DNA from: Isurus oxyrinchus
Taxonomy: Eukaryota
Direction: 5' to 3'
Assembly: GCA_026770705.1 (NCBI GenBank)
Contig: JANJGN010000210.1
Location: 682,001 to 746,000, forward strand
Length of the DNA: 64,000 bases
The translations under genes were made by a program, and so were the position numbers. A model generated the notes under the pieces. It saw only the letters and a list, made by a program, of their open reading frames with translations. It was not told the origin of the DNA and ran no database searches. This document shows, piece after piece, positions 36,251 to 49,295 of the stretch; the stretch's first letter is position 1, and each line of letters starts with the position of its first letter.

Positions 36251-38410
36251 CTTCATTCTTTCATGTGGGCGGCGCTAGCTAGACCACCATTAATTGCCTA
36301 TTCGTATTGGCCTTAAGAACCTGGTTATTAGTTGTCTCCTTGAACCGCTGCAGTCCATGTGGCCTAGATGCTCAAGCAGTGCTGTGAGAAAGACAGTTCC
36401 AAGGTTTTAACTTGGTGCCAGTGAAGGAATAGTGGTGTAGTACCAAGTCGGGATATGTGTGCCGTTTGCAGGGTAATTTGCAGGTGATGGTGTTCACATG
36501 CATTTGCTGCCCATGTCCTTCTAGGTGGCACAGGTCACTTGTTTGGAAGGTACTGTCGAAGGAGCCTTAGTGAGTTGCTGCTGTGCATAATTTAGATGAT
36601 ATACGCTGCTGCCACCATGCATTAGTGGTGGAGCGAGTGACTGCTAAAGGTAGTGGATAGAGGGCAGGGGTCGCAGTCAAGCGGGCTGCTTTTTCCTGGA
36701 CGGTGTCGAGCTTCTTGAGTGTTTTATGGGCTGTACTCGCCCAGGCGAGTGGACAGCTTGCCATCACACTCCTGACTTATGTCTTGTAGATGGTGGACAG
36801 GATTTGTACAATCAGATATTAAGTACCTCGCTACCGAATTCCCAGCCTCTGAACTGCCTTTGTCGCCAAAGCACTGCTATGCATTGTCCACTTCTGTTTT
36901 GGGGAAATGACTATCCCAAAGATGTTGATAGTGGAGGATTCAGCGGTGATAATGCCATTGAATGTCAAGGGGAGATGTTTGGATAAGCTTTTGTTGGATA
37001 TGTTCGTTGCTTGGCAATTGTGTGGCGAGAATGGTATTTGTCACTTATAAGATCAAGCCAGAATGTTGTTCTTGTCTTGCTGCAGCAGTTGGACATGTAC
37101 ATGCTGCAGTGTCTGAGGAGTCACGGGTGGTGTTGAACATTGTGCAATCATCAGCAAACATCCCCACCTTATAATAGAGGGCGGCTCATTGATGATGCAG
37201 CTGAAGATAGTTGGGCCTAGGCCACTACCCCGAGGAACTCCTGCAGTGATGTCCTGCGACTGAGATGGATGACCTTCAAAAGCAATCATCTTCATTTGTG
37301 CTAGGCATAGCTCCAGTCAGTGGAAAGTTTTCTCCTGATTCCCATTGACTCCACTTTTGCTACGGCTCCCTGATGACCTAGTCAGTCAAAAGCTGCCTTG
37401 TCGTCAAGAGCCGTCATTCTCACTTCACATCTTCCTTTCTGCTATTTTGTCCTTGTTTGAACTAAAGCTGTAATAAGGCCAGGAGCTGAGTGGCCATGAA
37501 GGACCTCAAACTGAGCGCCAATGAACAGGTTATTGCTGAGTTACTGACGCTTGATAGCACTGTCAATGACACTTTCCAACAGTCTGCTAATGATCGAGAG
37601 CAGACTGATGGTTCAGTAATTGACCTGGTTGGATTTGTCCTGCTTTTTCCGCACAAGACACACTGGGAAATGTTCCACATTGCCGGATAGATGTCACTTG
37701 TAACTGTGCTGGAACGGCTCGGCTAGCGGTCTGGCTCATCCTGGAGCACTGCTTTTGCAGTATGCAGTGCCTTCAGCCGTTTCTTGATATCACTTGTTTT
37801 GAATCGAATTGGCTGAAGACTGGCATCTGTTATGCTGGATACCTCAGGACCAGGCCGAGATGGATTACCCACTCGGCACTTCTGGAGTAAGGTTGTTGTA
37901 AATGCTTCAGCCTTGCATTTTGCACTGATGTGTTGGGCTGCTCCATCATTGAGGATGGGGATATTTGTGGAGCCTCCTCCCCATATTCATTGTTGAATTG
38001 TCTATCGCCAGTCACGGCTGGAAGTAGCAGGATTGAAGAGCTTAGAGCTGATCCATTGGTTGTGGGATTGCTTAGCTTTATCTATAGCATATTGATTCCG
38101 CTCATTGACACACAAGTAGTCCTGTGTTGTAGCTTCACCAGGGTGACGCCTTATTTTTAGGTATGCCTGGTGCTACTCTTGGATTGCCCTCCTGCACTCT
38201 TCATTGAACGAGGGTTTATGCCCCAGTTTGAAGGTAATGGTGGAGTGAGAGATGTACCAGGCCATGAGGTTACAAATTGTGATTGTGTACATTTGTGCTG
38301 CTTCTGATGGCCCAGTGCCTCAAGGTTGCACAGTCTGAGTTGCTTGATCTGTTTGCAATCTATCCCAATGAGAGCGGTGGTAGTGGCACACAACACGGTG
38401 GAGGTGTCTT
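36250..38410 (-). mobile_element. CR1-related LINE remnant (second family)
   Basis: ORF 37053-37295 ITAGVPRGSGLGPTIFSCIIN and ORF 36567-36767 TLKKLDTVQEKAARL. Same family as 52600-53410. Confidence 0.8.
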
Positions 38411-38559
38411 CAATGTGAACACGTGTGTATTAAGTTAAAACGTGAATTAATTGAGAAAACATTTCCCTTGGAAGGCGTCCGAGTTTATAACCTGTGACTC
38501 CAGATTTTAATGCATTAACTTTCTGTTATTTCCCTTGATAGTTTTAGAGGTTACATTTT

Positions 38560-38930
38560 TGAAATTATTTCATGCAAGGTGGGTATCACTGGCAAGGCCA
38601 GCATTTGCTGCCCACCCCAAATTGCCTTGGATTGAATTGTGTCCCCTACTATTTCAGATGGCAGTTAAGAGTCACCCACATTTCTGTGGGTCTGGAGTCA
38701 CATGTAGACAAGACCAGATCAGGATGGCAGATTCGCTTCCCTAACGGATATTAATAAACCAGATGGCTCTTTATGACAATCGATGGTAGTTTCATGGTCA
38801 CCATGACTGAGGCTAGCTTTTAATAGTTGAATTAATTCCACCATCGCCGTGGTGGGATTTGAATCTTTGTTCCCAGTGTATTACCATGGGCCTCTGGATT
38901 ACTAGTCCAGTGCCACTAAACCCCCGTCTC
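38560..38930 (-). mobile_element. tRNA-derived SINE (HE1-like), reversed
   Basis: GGTGGGATTTGAA..CTGGATTACTAGTCCAG head. Similar copies lie at 20800-21090, 23730-23890, 54790-54920 and 59640-59990. Confidence 0.65.
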
Positions 38931-39408
38931 ATCCTAAAATTGTTTAATTACTGAAATATTTAATTACATTATGATAAGCCAGTGGGCAATCTGCTTACAA
39001 TGTAAAGGTTTCCTAATTTGCTAACTTCTTCCACCTCAGAAAGCCCCTCTTCCAGACAGTAATCCCGCTGGCTGTGAATTACCGGATACAATTCTTTTTT
39101 ATAGAAACCAGATCTTACTCGGTTTGCAGTATTATCTAAAGGGAAGGAAACGTTATTCGACGTCGAAGGGAGGTTTTTAAATGAACAGCAGCTTAATTTA
39201 AGTGCTTGCAAACTTAATATTGTCGGAAATTTACCATTACTCAATTAAGATAAATTACCTTGTTTAATTTGACAAACAATAGAGATTTATCTGCCGAGAG
39301 CCAGATTGTTGCACCGTTGGTATCTGTTTCTGTGTGTCTGCTCTGTGTGCGGATCAGGAATCCACCCGGCTGGTTATAAACCTCTTAGCTCATTCTCGTG
39401 TATTTCAG

Positions 39409-39730
39409 ATAGTGCAGTTCGACACATTGATTCAAGAAGGTTGTATTTCATAGAAAGGTTAAAGCTTGACATAAAGCTTAAGAAGGCGCCTCACAAGCAA
39501 GATCAGTAATCTAGTGTCTGATAGATAGAAGGAACAACTTAGAAGCACTACATAAAAGGCATGGAAGAATCTCTAATCTGTTCAGAACCAATGCTGTTTC
39601 TGACCCACCGTCCCTTGGTGGGCCAGCTTAATGGAAAGCATTAAAGACTAGGGGGAGCTTAATGATCTCCAGCCAATCTTTTCTAAAGTTGACATTACAG
39701 CGTATGAGAGAACATTGTTATTTGGGCGTT
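39409..39730 (+). pseudogene. Putative decayed Ig C1-set (CH-like) exon
   Basis: Acceptor TATTTCAG. Mosaic of frames giving SVI*CLID..AWKN..DPPSL..NGK..KTRGSLMISSQSF..HYSV, in the B-, C-, E- and F-strand order of a C1 domain. Confidence 0.4.
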
Positions 39731-40049
39731 ACCCTGTCATCTGTCTTGTGTATCGAGGCAAACGCAGTGTTCAAGCAATGTTAATGTGCATCGACGTAAT
39801 AAGGTTGAAGACCTCGAGTCAGCAATATAATATAAATGGTTTCATCTCTCGTAAGAAATAACCAAACGTTAATGAGTTTAAACTTCCATCAAAGACTGTC
39901 ATTTTTAAATGAAGAGATTTATCTTGAATATCAGATAATTACTTCATAAGATTTGCCTGACCCTGAGCTCAATTTCAGAACAAAATTATTCAGCAAGTAC
40001 CTGTAAAGTCCCAGAAAGCAGCGCCTGTTAATCGTGGATATTATTCCAG

Positions 40050-40460
40050 CAATTTAAATGGACAGCATGGTGTTTCACTCAGTATCTAACACAGTAACCC
40101 ATGTTACATCTGCCCTGAGATTTTGGAGGGAACATTACTCTGTATTTAACGTGTGCTACACAAGACCTGGGGAATGTTCAATGGTACAGTGTAAAGGGAT
40201 CCTTGTTCTATTTATAGCCTGTGTTGCGCCTTACCGAGGAATGTTTGATGCAGACAGATTGATGGGACTTTATTCTCCGTATAATCAGTGCTTTACCTGT
40301 CCAAGGCGAGGTTGCTGGGATGGGATTTTACTCTGTATGTAACTGGCAATGTACCTGCACTGAGAATTTTAAATGGAACATTTGAGAGGGAATATTACTC
40401 TGCATCCAATCCGTGCCTGTACCTGCCCTGCGAATGCTGTACGAGGATCTTTACTTTATG
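40050..40460 (+). repeat. Degenerate ~55-68-bp tandem repeat (about 7 copies)
   Basis: ACTCTGTATCTAAC-like anchors at about 40077, 40137, 40205, 40272, 40330, 40397 and 40452. Confidence 0.7.
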
Positions 40461-40464
40461 CAGT

Positions 40465-40586
40465 GGCAGCTTCTTTCGATACTTAACCTATTCTTTACAA
40501 AGACATGAGTACTGACAGTTTGGTGTATTATTACTCTCTCTGAGACTCACAGTGATGTGGAGCAATCTCACCACCGTGCAAAAACT
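40465..40586 (+). pseudogene. 3' stub of a TCR V segment with well-preserved 23-RSS
   Basis: AASFDT*..DMSTDSLVYYYS(L)R resembles the end of 55887-56192. RSS CACAGTG(40548)-23-GCAAAAACT. The 5' part is replaced by the tandem repeat. Confidence 0.75.
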
Positions 40587-40956
40587 ACCTCTGGACTGTC
40601 GCTGGGAGCTCCTGTCCCTTTGGGGTTGTATAGAATTGCGGGCAGATGTCGCCTCAATGTGCAGCCCGCTTTCAGGCGCTGAAACATACATCTAGAGGAA
40701 GCCAGCTTAACCTCGGATCAAACTGTCACCCAACTGTTTTGAGAAGTGGTTGTGAAAACAAACTGCAGAATCCTATCATACCGATAGGTCGAGCACAGCT
40801 TCAGTCTTCTGATCAGTTGTTTATTCGCTTAATATTTCATATCAGCTGGGAGAGCGAGGCCGCTGGCACTCAAGCGTCACTCAAAGCACGCCACTGGGCA
40901 CAAGGCTAATGAGTCTAAAGCTGCCTGAAGCTCAGGGACACACAGAGACAGCAGAC

Positions 40957-43590
40957 TGACGTCACATAGAAACATAGAAACTAGGAGCAGGAGTAGGCCA
41001 TTTGGCACTTCGAGCCTCCTCCGCCATTCAATATGATCATGTCTGATCCTTTATCTCAAAGCCATATTCCTGCTTTCTCTCCAAACCTGATATCCAAAAA
41101 TGTATCAAATTCTTTGTTTTTCAAATATACTCAGTGGCCCGGCCTCCACAGTCTTTTTTGGTAGAGAATTCGACAGGTTGAACACCCTCTGGGTGAAGAA
41201 ATATTTCCTCATCTCGGTCCTAAATGGCCTGCCCCTCATCCGGAGACAGTGGCCCCTGGTTCTAGACGCCTGAACCAGGGGAAATAGCCTCCCTGCATAC
41301 AGTCTGTCTAGCTATGTTAGAATTTTTATACGTTTAAATCAGATACCCTCTCAATCTTGTAACCTCCATTGAATACAGACCAGGTTAAACAAATCTCTCC
41401 TCCAACTACTGTCCTGCCTTCCCCAGTATCAGCTTAGTGAATCTTCGCTGCACTCCTTTGAGGTGAAGTATATCCTTTCTTAAGTAGGGAGACCAAAACT
41501 GCACGCAGTACTCCAGGTGTGATCTCACCAAGGCCTTGTATAACTGTCGTAAGACATCCCCACTTCTGAACTCAAATCCTCTTGCAATAAATGCCAACAT
41601 ACCATTTGCCTTCCTAATTGCTTGCTGCACCTGCCTGCTTACTTTCATTAACTGGTGTGCAAGAGCACCCAGATCCCTTTCTACATCCGCATCTCCCGAT
41701 ATATCACCATTTTAGTAATACTCTGCCTTTCTGTTTTTCACACTGAAGTGTATAACTTCACATTTATCCACGTTATACTGCATCTGCAATGTGTTTGCCC
41801 ACACACACGCAACTTGTCTAAATCTCCCTGAAGCCTCCTTGCATCCTCCTCACAACTCAGAGCCCTGCCCAGATTTGTGCCGTCAGCAAACTTAGAAATA
41901 TTGCATTTGGTTGCCTCATCCAAGTTATTTAGATATATCGTGAATAGCTGGGGCCCAAGAACTGATCCCTGCGGTACACCACTAGTGCGGCACACCATTA
42001 GTCACCTCTTGCCACCTGGAAAAAGGCCCATTTATTCCCAATCTCCGTTTCTGGTCTGTCAACCAATTCTCAATCCAGGCCAGTATATTATCCCGAATCC
42101 CATGTACTTAAATTTTGCAGACTAGCATCTTATGTGGGACCTTATGACAAGTTATCTTGAATTACAAATACACCACATCCACTGGTTCTCCCTTAACTAT
42201 TCTACAAGTTGCGTCCTCAAAAACTCCAGTAGATTAGTTAAGCACGATTTCACTTTCATAAATCCATGCTGACTTTATCTAATTCGTTAGTGCTTTCCAG
42301 ATGTTCTGTTACCACATATTTTCTAATAGATTCTAGATTTTCTCCACTATTGATGTGCGGCTAATTAGCCTGTAATTCTCTGTCTTTTCCCTCTCTCCTT
42401 TTTTAAATAGTGGGGTTACATTTGCCACCCTCCAATCTGTAAGAAATGCTTCAGTGTCTACAGAATTTTGGAAGTTGCCCACCAATGCATCCAGCATTTC
42501 CAGGGCCAATTCCTTTAGTTCTCCGGGGTGATATTATCTAGCCCTGGGGATTTTTCAGCCTTTAACCCCATTCATTTCTCACGCACAACATTTTTACTAA
42601 TACTACTTTTCTTCAATTCCTCCATCTCACTGGACCCTTGTTTCCCTAACATTTCTGGGAAATTAGTTGTATTCTCTTTTGTAAAAGCTTTTACAGTCAG
42701 TTGTTATGTTCCCTGCAAGTTTACTCTCATGCTCCATTTTTCCCTTCTTGGTCAACCTTTTTCTCCACTTTTGCTGAATTCTAAACTGCTCCCAATCCTC
42801 AAGCTTTCTGCTTTTTATGACAAATATATATGTCTCTTCTTTGGATCCTTCATTTGTCTTGTAAGCCATGGTTGAACTACAGTTATCATTTTGCGACAGA
42901 GAGGAATGAATAATTGTTATAATTCATGCATACGCTCCTTAAATATTAGCAATTGCCTATCCACTGTCAACACTTTCAGTTAGGTTCCTCAATCCATCCT
43001 TGCCAACTCGAACCTCGTACTCACACAGTTCCCTTTATTTAGATTCAGGACCCTAGTTTAGGATTCAACTTCTTCACTCTCCATCATACTGAGCAATTCC
43101 ATCATTTTATGGCCGCTCTTCCCCCAGAGACCCCACACAGCAAGATTGTTAATTAATCCTTTCTCATTGCACAATGCCCAGTCTAGGAAAGCCTGCTCTC
43201 TAGTTGGTTCCTGAACGTATTAATCGAAAAACCAGCACGTACATACTCCAGGAAACGCTCCTCCACAGTATTATTACTAGTTTGGCTTGTCAAATCTATA
43301 TACAGATTAAAGTCACCCATGATTACAGCTGCACCCTTATTTCATTTTCTCTAATTTCCTGATTAATGCATTCTCTTACAATCCCATTACTGTTTAGGGG
43401 CCTATAGACAACCCCCGCCAACGTTTTCGGAGGCTTGGTGTTTCTTATCTCTACATAGGGACTGCAGACTGACGTCAAACGGACTGGTGACTGACGTCAC
43501 AAGAATGCCACCGACTGACGTCACAGAGGAAGCGGGCTTCGGTCAAGCGGACTTCAGACTGATGTCACATAGACTGCTGACTGATGACAC
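40957..43590. promoter_or_regulatory. Array of GACTGACGTCA (CRE) motifs split by a CR1 insertion
   Basis: TGACGTCA at 40957, 43470, 43492 and 43516; TGATGTCA at 43560; TGATGACA at 43583. Confidence 0.6.
40969..43452 (-). mobile_element. CR1 LINE remnant
   Basis: Begins with the reversed (CATAGAAA) tail. ORFs include SGVPQGSVLGP, ISKFADG and YKALVRSHLEYCVQFWSPY. Confidence 0.93.
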
Positions 43591-43789
43591 ACAGGCAACA
43601 AATTGCACTGCTAGCATCAGGGGTCATGGGAGTGAGTAGGCTGGGGATTGTGACGGTAATGGGAAAGATAAGGACAATCGAGCAGAAAGAGTAGTTATGC
43701 AGATCGGAATGAAAAGGGATGCATACACAGAGATAACAGAAATAAACATAATGTTTCTGATAAAATAAAACAACAAATTCTGGAAGAGA

Positions 43790-44092
43790 ATCATTGCAGA
43801 AATTGAATGAAAGAAAGATCTGAGCAAGACTAATGGGGGCTCCTGTGGGTGCATCCATTCAATGTTTCCATTGCCTCAATGGTGAAATGTTTGGTCAATG
43901 GTGTTGCTCAGCTGAGTAAGGCCTGCTCCATAGATCAGCATTATGCCTGTTCTAAATGTTTACTAAGGGTTCTGCTGACTATTTCCTCATTAGGAAGGTC
44001 GCTGCTGCTGTGAAGTCAGGGTAACGGAATTGGCATTGTTCTGTGGAACACAAGTGGACAATGAGGGACTGAATGTGCTCAGTGTGACTGAG
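43790..44092 (+). pseudogene. Putative decayed Ig C1-set (CH-like) exon
   Basis: CIHSMFPLP..MVKCLVNG..GSADYFLIRKV..KSG*RNWHCSVEHK, ending at AG|GTAAAG. Matches the C..FYP..WxxNG..Y..C.VxH pattern with frameshifts. Confidence 0.55.
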
Positions 44093-44639
44093 GTAAAGTG
44101 ATGTAGACTGATATAGAACTAAAGGTACTAACACTGACTGAGGCTCAAGGACATAAAGACACAGGTTTCAGCAGGAAAACTGCTTGGACATTTGGGGGTT
44201 GTAATGGGAAGGAGGAAGATAGGGAGAAGCAAGCAGAACCGATGTGGAAAATTAGCCGAAAGAGAGGAATAATGAGACAGGTAAAAGGGAAACAAAAAGC
44301 AGGTTGAAATAAAATAAAGTTTTGAAACTGGCACATGGAAGAGATTGAATGAAAGGAAATATGAACAATATTTCTGAGTAGGTAAGTGAGACACGCCCTG
44401 GTGTATTAGCTCATTGCCAGTCTGCATTTAAAGAGTCGAACTCTGTTTATATTACAAGAGGCCCTATCACAGTTATTACTGCATTAGGACATGTCCGTGT
44501 TTATATTTCACTAGGTCCTGTAAATTTAACCGAAGTAGGGAAATACTAAGTTAAGGCTGAAAGTGAAGGGTTTATGAGTGTGTGTAAATATGTCTTTGAA
44601 GTTACAATGTTAAGAAAGAACCTAAAGAGTGTTCGTGGT

Positions 44640-45230
44640 CCTTGTCTTTATTTTTTAAATAGAAGCATCGCGTACAAAGGCAAGGGAGTGCTGCTCGCCA
44701 TCACAGAATACTCATTAGGCACCAAACGTTTTGTTAAATATTCGGCATTACATTTTAAAGAAGAGAGAAAGGCCTTTCAGATGGATCAGAAGAGATTCAT
44801 TAGATTGATACCAAAGATGAAATAATTGACTTCTGCGGAGAGATCAAAGAAATGTTGATCTTCTTGCAGCTTTGGGGTTTAAGTGGTAATATGACAGTAA
44901 TGCTCAAATACATGAAGTCATTTGGGACAGAGGGTGGAAAACCGAACAGACACATTGAAAGCAATTTGCAACAGCACCAAAATCGGCACAAGAGAAAGCG
45001 ATGACCAGGAATGCTCTGTCTCAAAAGGCGGAGCAAGCCGACTCAATAGGATTGTTTAAAAGTCAATTGGATAAATCAATGATGTGCAAACATTTGCATG
45101 ATTAAAAGAGAATTGCACGAGAACTGAACCGATTTTTTTAGCTCTTTCAACAATCTGGCACACATGATGAGCTGAAAGGCCTTTCATGTGTTGTATTATG
45201 TGCTGCACTATTTTCTGATTCTATGATGAG
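44640..45230 (+). mobile_element. CR1 3' fragment
   Basis: SIAYKGK..QKRFIRLIPKMK followed by a TTCTATGA tail. Confidence 0.65.
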
Positions 45231-45239
45231 ACGATCAAC

Positions 45240-46300
45240 TCTTTAAATTACCTTAAGCCTCTTTGCATTTGTTACTGCACTCGCTCTTTCTCAGTTAATA
45301 TGATGCTAGTCCCTGTCTCAGTTATTATGAAACAATACCATGACCACGCTGTTAAATTGCATTAGAAACCGTATCTGCTTAATTAAGCTGCACAAAATTC
45401 TGCTTATTCCACATGAGACTATGTATCTACTTATATTACATAAGCTTCCGTCTCAATTATGACTGCAGTAAACCACAGCACTGAATTTGCTGCACGGGAC
45501 CATGTCCATTTTTTATTATATAATGCAACTTCTTCTGTTACATTAGACTCTGTTTTTATTTATATTAAACTCGACCATTTATTTGACTGTGCCATTTTTG
45601 ACCATGTCTCTCTTTATATTAGACTAGACCACGTCGCTGTTTATATTACACTATAACCTGTTTGTTTATATTACACTCGACCCCGCTTCTGTTTCTATTA
45701 AACTATATTCCACCTCTTGTCTGTATTACACTAGGCTTTATCCCTGTTTGTAATATGCAAGGCCCTCTCTCTCTTAAATTGCACTAAACCCTGTCTTTGT
45801 TTATGTTGAACTGGACCACGTCTCTGTTAGTATTATACTAAACCCTATAACTGTTTGTATTATACTAGGTCAAGTCTCAGTTTATATTCCAGCAAGCTTA
45901 GTTGTTTTTGCATCTGTCTATATGCTTTTATATTAACCTACACCCTACCGTGGTTATTACTGCAGCAGGACTTGTCTCAGTTTGCAGGACTTTCGTTCAT
46001 GTTTCAGTTAACCTGACACTGGGACACGCTACGTCTCTTTCTTTTATATTTCACTTGATCTTGCATCCATTTTTATTATATACGACATTGTTTTTATTCA
46101 TAATAAACTGGAAAATGCGTTTGTTCATATCCCATGAATGTCTTAGCCATTACTAGACGAGACACTGCCTCTGTTTAAATCATAACGCTGGAATTTCTGA
46201 TTTTCATTTAATAACAGGCCCTGCTGCTGCTTGGCTGTATCAGTTTATATCACTCGAGGCAATTTCTCATGTGTAACTGGACTAGGCTATGCCTCTGCTG
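45240..46300 (+). repeat. Degenerate ~27-bp tandem repeat
   Basis: TTTATATTACACTAGACCCTGTCTCTG-like units, clearest at 45600-45900. Confidence 0.75.
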
Positions 46301-48660
46301 GCCCATCGAGTCTGCTCCGACAGTCAACAAGATTATGGCTGATCTGATAATCATCAACTCCAATGTCCTGCTTATTCCTCACAACTCTTGATTTCTTGAC
46401 AGGTTAAAGATCTCTCCACCTCAGCTTTGAACATATCTAACGGCCCAGCCTCTACAGGCTTCTGTGGTGATTAAGTCCACAGATTCGCTACCCTCTGAGA
46501 GAAGAAATTGCTCCTCATCTCTGTCTCAAATGGCGACTCCTTACTCTGAGATTGTGACCGCTGGTCCTGGTCTCCCACAATGGGAAACAACCTCTCAGCA
46601 TCTACCCTGTCAAAGCCCCCTCAGGATCTTACATGTTTCAATAAGGTCGCCTCTCGTTCTTCTAAACTCCAATGAGTACAGGCCCAATCTACTCAACCTC
46701 TCCTCATAAGAAAATCCCTCCATCCCCGGGATCAACCTAGTGAGCCTTCTTTGGACTGACTCAAAAGCCAATATATCTTTCGTCAGATAAGGGAACCAAA
46801 ACTATTCACAATGTTCCAGGTATGGTCTAATTAGTGCCTTGTATAATTTAAGCAAGACTTCCCTGTTTTTATACTCCATTCCTTTGAAATGAATTCAAAT
46901 ATTCCATTTGCCTTCCCTATTACCTGCTGAACTTGAATGCTAGCTTTTTGTGATTTGTGCACGAAAGCCACCAGAACCCACTGTGCTGCAGCTTTCAGCG
47001 GTCTTTCTCCATTTAAATAATATTCAGCTCCTCTATTCTTCCTGTCAAAGTGCATAACCTGACATTTTCCCACATTATATTCCATCTGCCAAGTCTTTGC
47101 CCACTCACTTAACCTGTCGCTATCCATTTGTAGACTCTTTGTGTCACCTCACCACCTGCCTTCCCACCTATTTCTGTGCCATCCACAAACCTGGCGATAG
47201 TACATTCACTTCCTCCTCCAAACCATTAATATATATTGTAAATAATAGTGGCCACAGCACTGATCCCTCTGGCACTCCACTAGTTACAGTTTGCCATCAA
47301 CAAAATGCGCCTCTTATTCCAAAGCTGTCTTCTATTAGTTAGTCAATCTCTATCCATGCTAACATACTACCCACAATCCCATGGGCTCTTAACTTATTAA
47401 GTAACCTTATGCGTGGTACCTTAAGAAAATCCAAATATATTACACCTGCTGGTTGTCCTTTATCTATCCTGCTTGTTACCTCTTCAAAGAATTCTAATAA
47501 ATTTGTCAGGCATGATTTCCCTTTCATGAAGCCTTGCTAACTCAGCTTGATTATGCACCTTTAAATCCTCTGAGCATCACTTATGATAGACTTTAACATT
47601 TCCCCAATGGTGAATGTTAAGCTAACTGGCCTGTGGTTAAATGTTTATTGTCTCCCTCCCTTTTTGAACAAGGGCGTTACATTGACAGTTTTCCAATCCT
47701 CTGGGACTTCTCTGGGATCTAAGGATTTTTGGGAGATCAAAGGATTCTTGGAAGACCAGTGCGTCCACTATCTCTGCAGCTATTTCATTTAATATCCTAG
47801 GATGCAACTCATCACATTCAGGGGGGCAACAGCATTTCGGCCCATTAGTTTCCTTAGCACTTTTCTCTGGTGATAATGATTGTATTTATTTCCTCCCCCC
47901 TCCCCGCCATTTTGCCCTTGATAATTTCATACCTTTGGAATGTTATTAGTGCCTTTTACCGTGAAGACTGATGCAAAGTATTTATTAAACTCCTCTGCCA
48001 TTCCCTGGCTCCCCATTATAATTTCCAGAGCCTCATTCTCTAACGGGCCTAGTTTCACTTTGGCCTTTTCCTATTTCAAGTTCCTCTCCAGCCCTGAGGA
48101 GATGTCCTTAACCCTGGCACCTCGCAGACAACACAGCCTTCGGGACTCACGCTCACGGATGCAGAGAACAGCATCTATCCCCCTAATTAAACTGTTTCCT
48201 ACCACTGCATTCAATTTTTTCCCACCATTTTAATGTTTCCCTCTACCACGGTGCCGTGGCCAGTTCCCCCATCCTCCCTGCAGCCCCTGCTCTCGTCCAC
48301 ACAGCTTGTAAGAGCCTCGTGACTCTTGAACAATTGCAGGGGCCGAGGTTCCTCGAACGCTACCCCCTGGGTCCACACAGCTGCCTCACCTGCAGTCACA
48401 AACTCCTGTCCTTGATCACAGACCAGATTGGAATTACCTAATCTCATGTGGTGTGACCAACTCCCAGAGTAAAGTGTCCAGTTAGCTCTCCCCCTCTCTG
48501 ATGTGGCACAATTTCTGCAGCTTGGATTCCAGCTCCTCAACTTGGATTCGAAATTCCTGGAACTCTCGAACATTTAATACAGATGTGCTCGCTTTGAATC
48601 AATTTGGTGTCCAGCAGCTCCCACATGCTGCAGCAGCAGCAGCACATTACCTGCCCTGCG
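46300..48660 (-). mobile_element. CR1 LINE remnant (ORF1 fragments + RT, internally deleted)
   Basis: KGKSCLTNLLEFFEEV and LSEWAKTWQMEYNVGKC. ORF1-like text at 48080-48650 parallels 14150-14700. Confidence 0.9.
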
Positions 48661-48799
48661 ATCAATATTGTATTTTATTTAATTTATTAAACAATTACTC
48701 TGGTATCCCCGCTCTTTTCACTTGAAGAATCCCCCGCTCTTTACATTCTTTTGGAATTAATTTTGTGGGGTGGAGTGCTGCTGAGAATGAAAAATGAAA

Positions 48800-48858
48800 G
48801 ATAGAAAGAAAGGAAGGAAAAGGGAAGGAGGGGAGGAGGGAAGGAGGGGAGGAAGAAA

Positions 48859-48900
<42 letters not shown>

Positions 48901-48903
48901 AAC
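48800..48903. repeat. Purine-rich / (GAAA)n microsatellite
   Basis: Direct reading. Confidence 0.9.
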
Positions 48904-49295
48904 AATTCACAAACAACAATGGGATAAAATAGTTTTTTGTGGGGTTAATTGAGTGATAAATATTGGGAAAACCTCTCTGGGTTCTCTCTATGATCGTAAC
49001 CAGGGGATGATTTGTGTTCCATCTCAGAGGACAGTCGTGGATTCAGTTCAGAGTTTGATCAGGGAAGACATCACCTCCGGCAGTGTAGCACTCCTTCAGT
49101 ACAGGAAAGTCTGGGCGCTCAGCACTGGGGATGGGCCTTGCACCTCTGGAGTGTGGGGCTTGAGCCTTGGACTTTCCGATTCGGCTACGAGAGATAAAGT
49201 GGCACACACCAAAACACTCTAATGGAGAGGAAAGAATATGAGACGGAGACAGAAGATGAACCTTAAAGGGAGGATACAAATATTTTATTGCTCTT

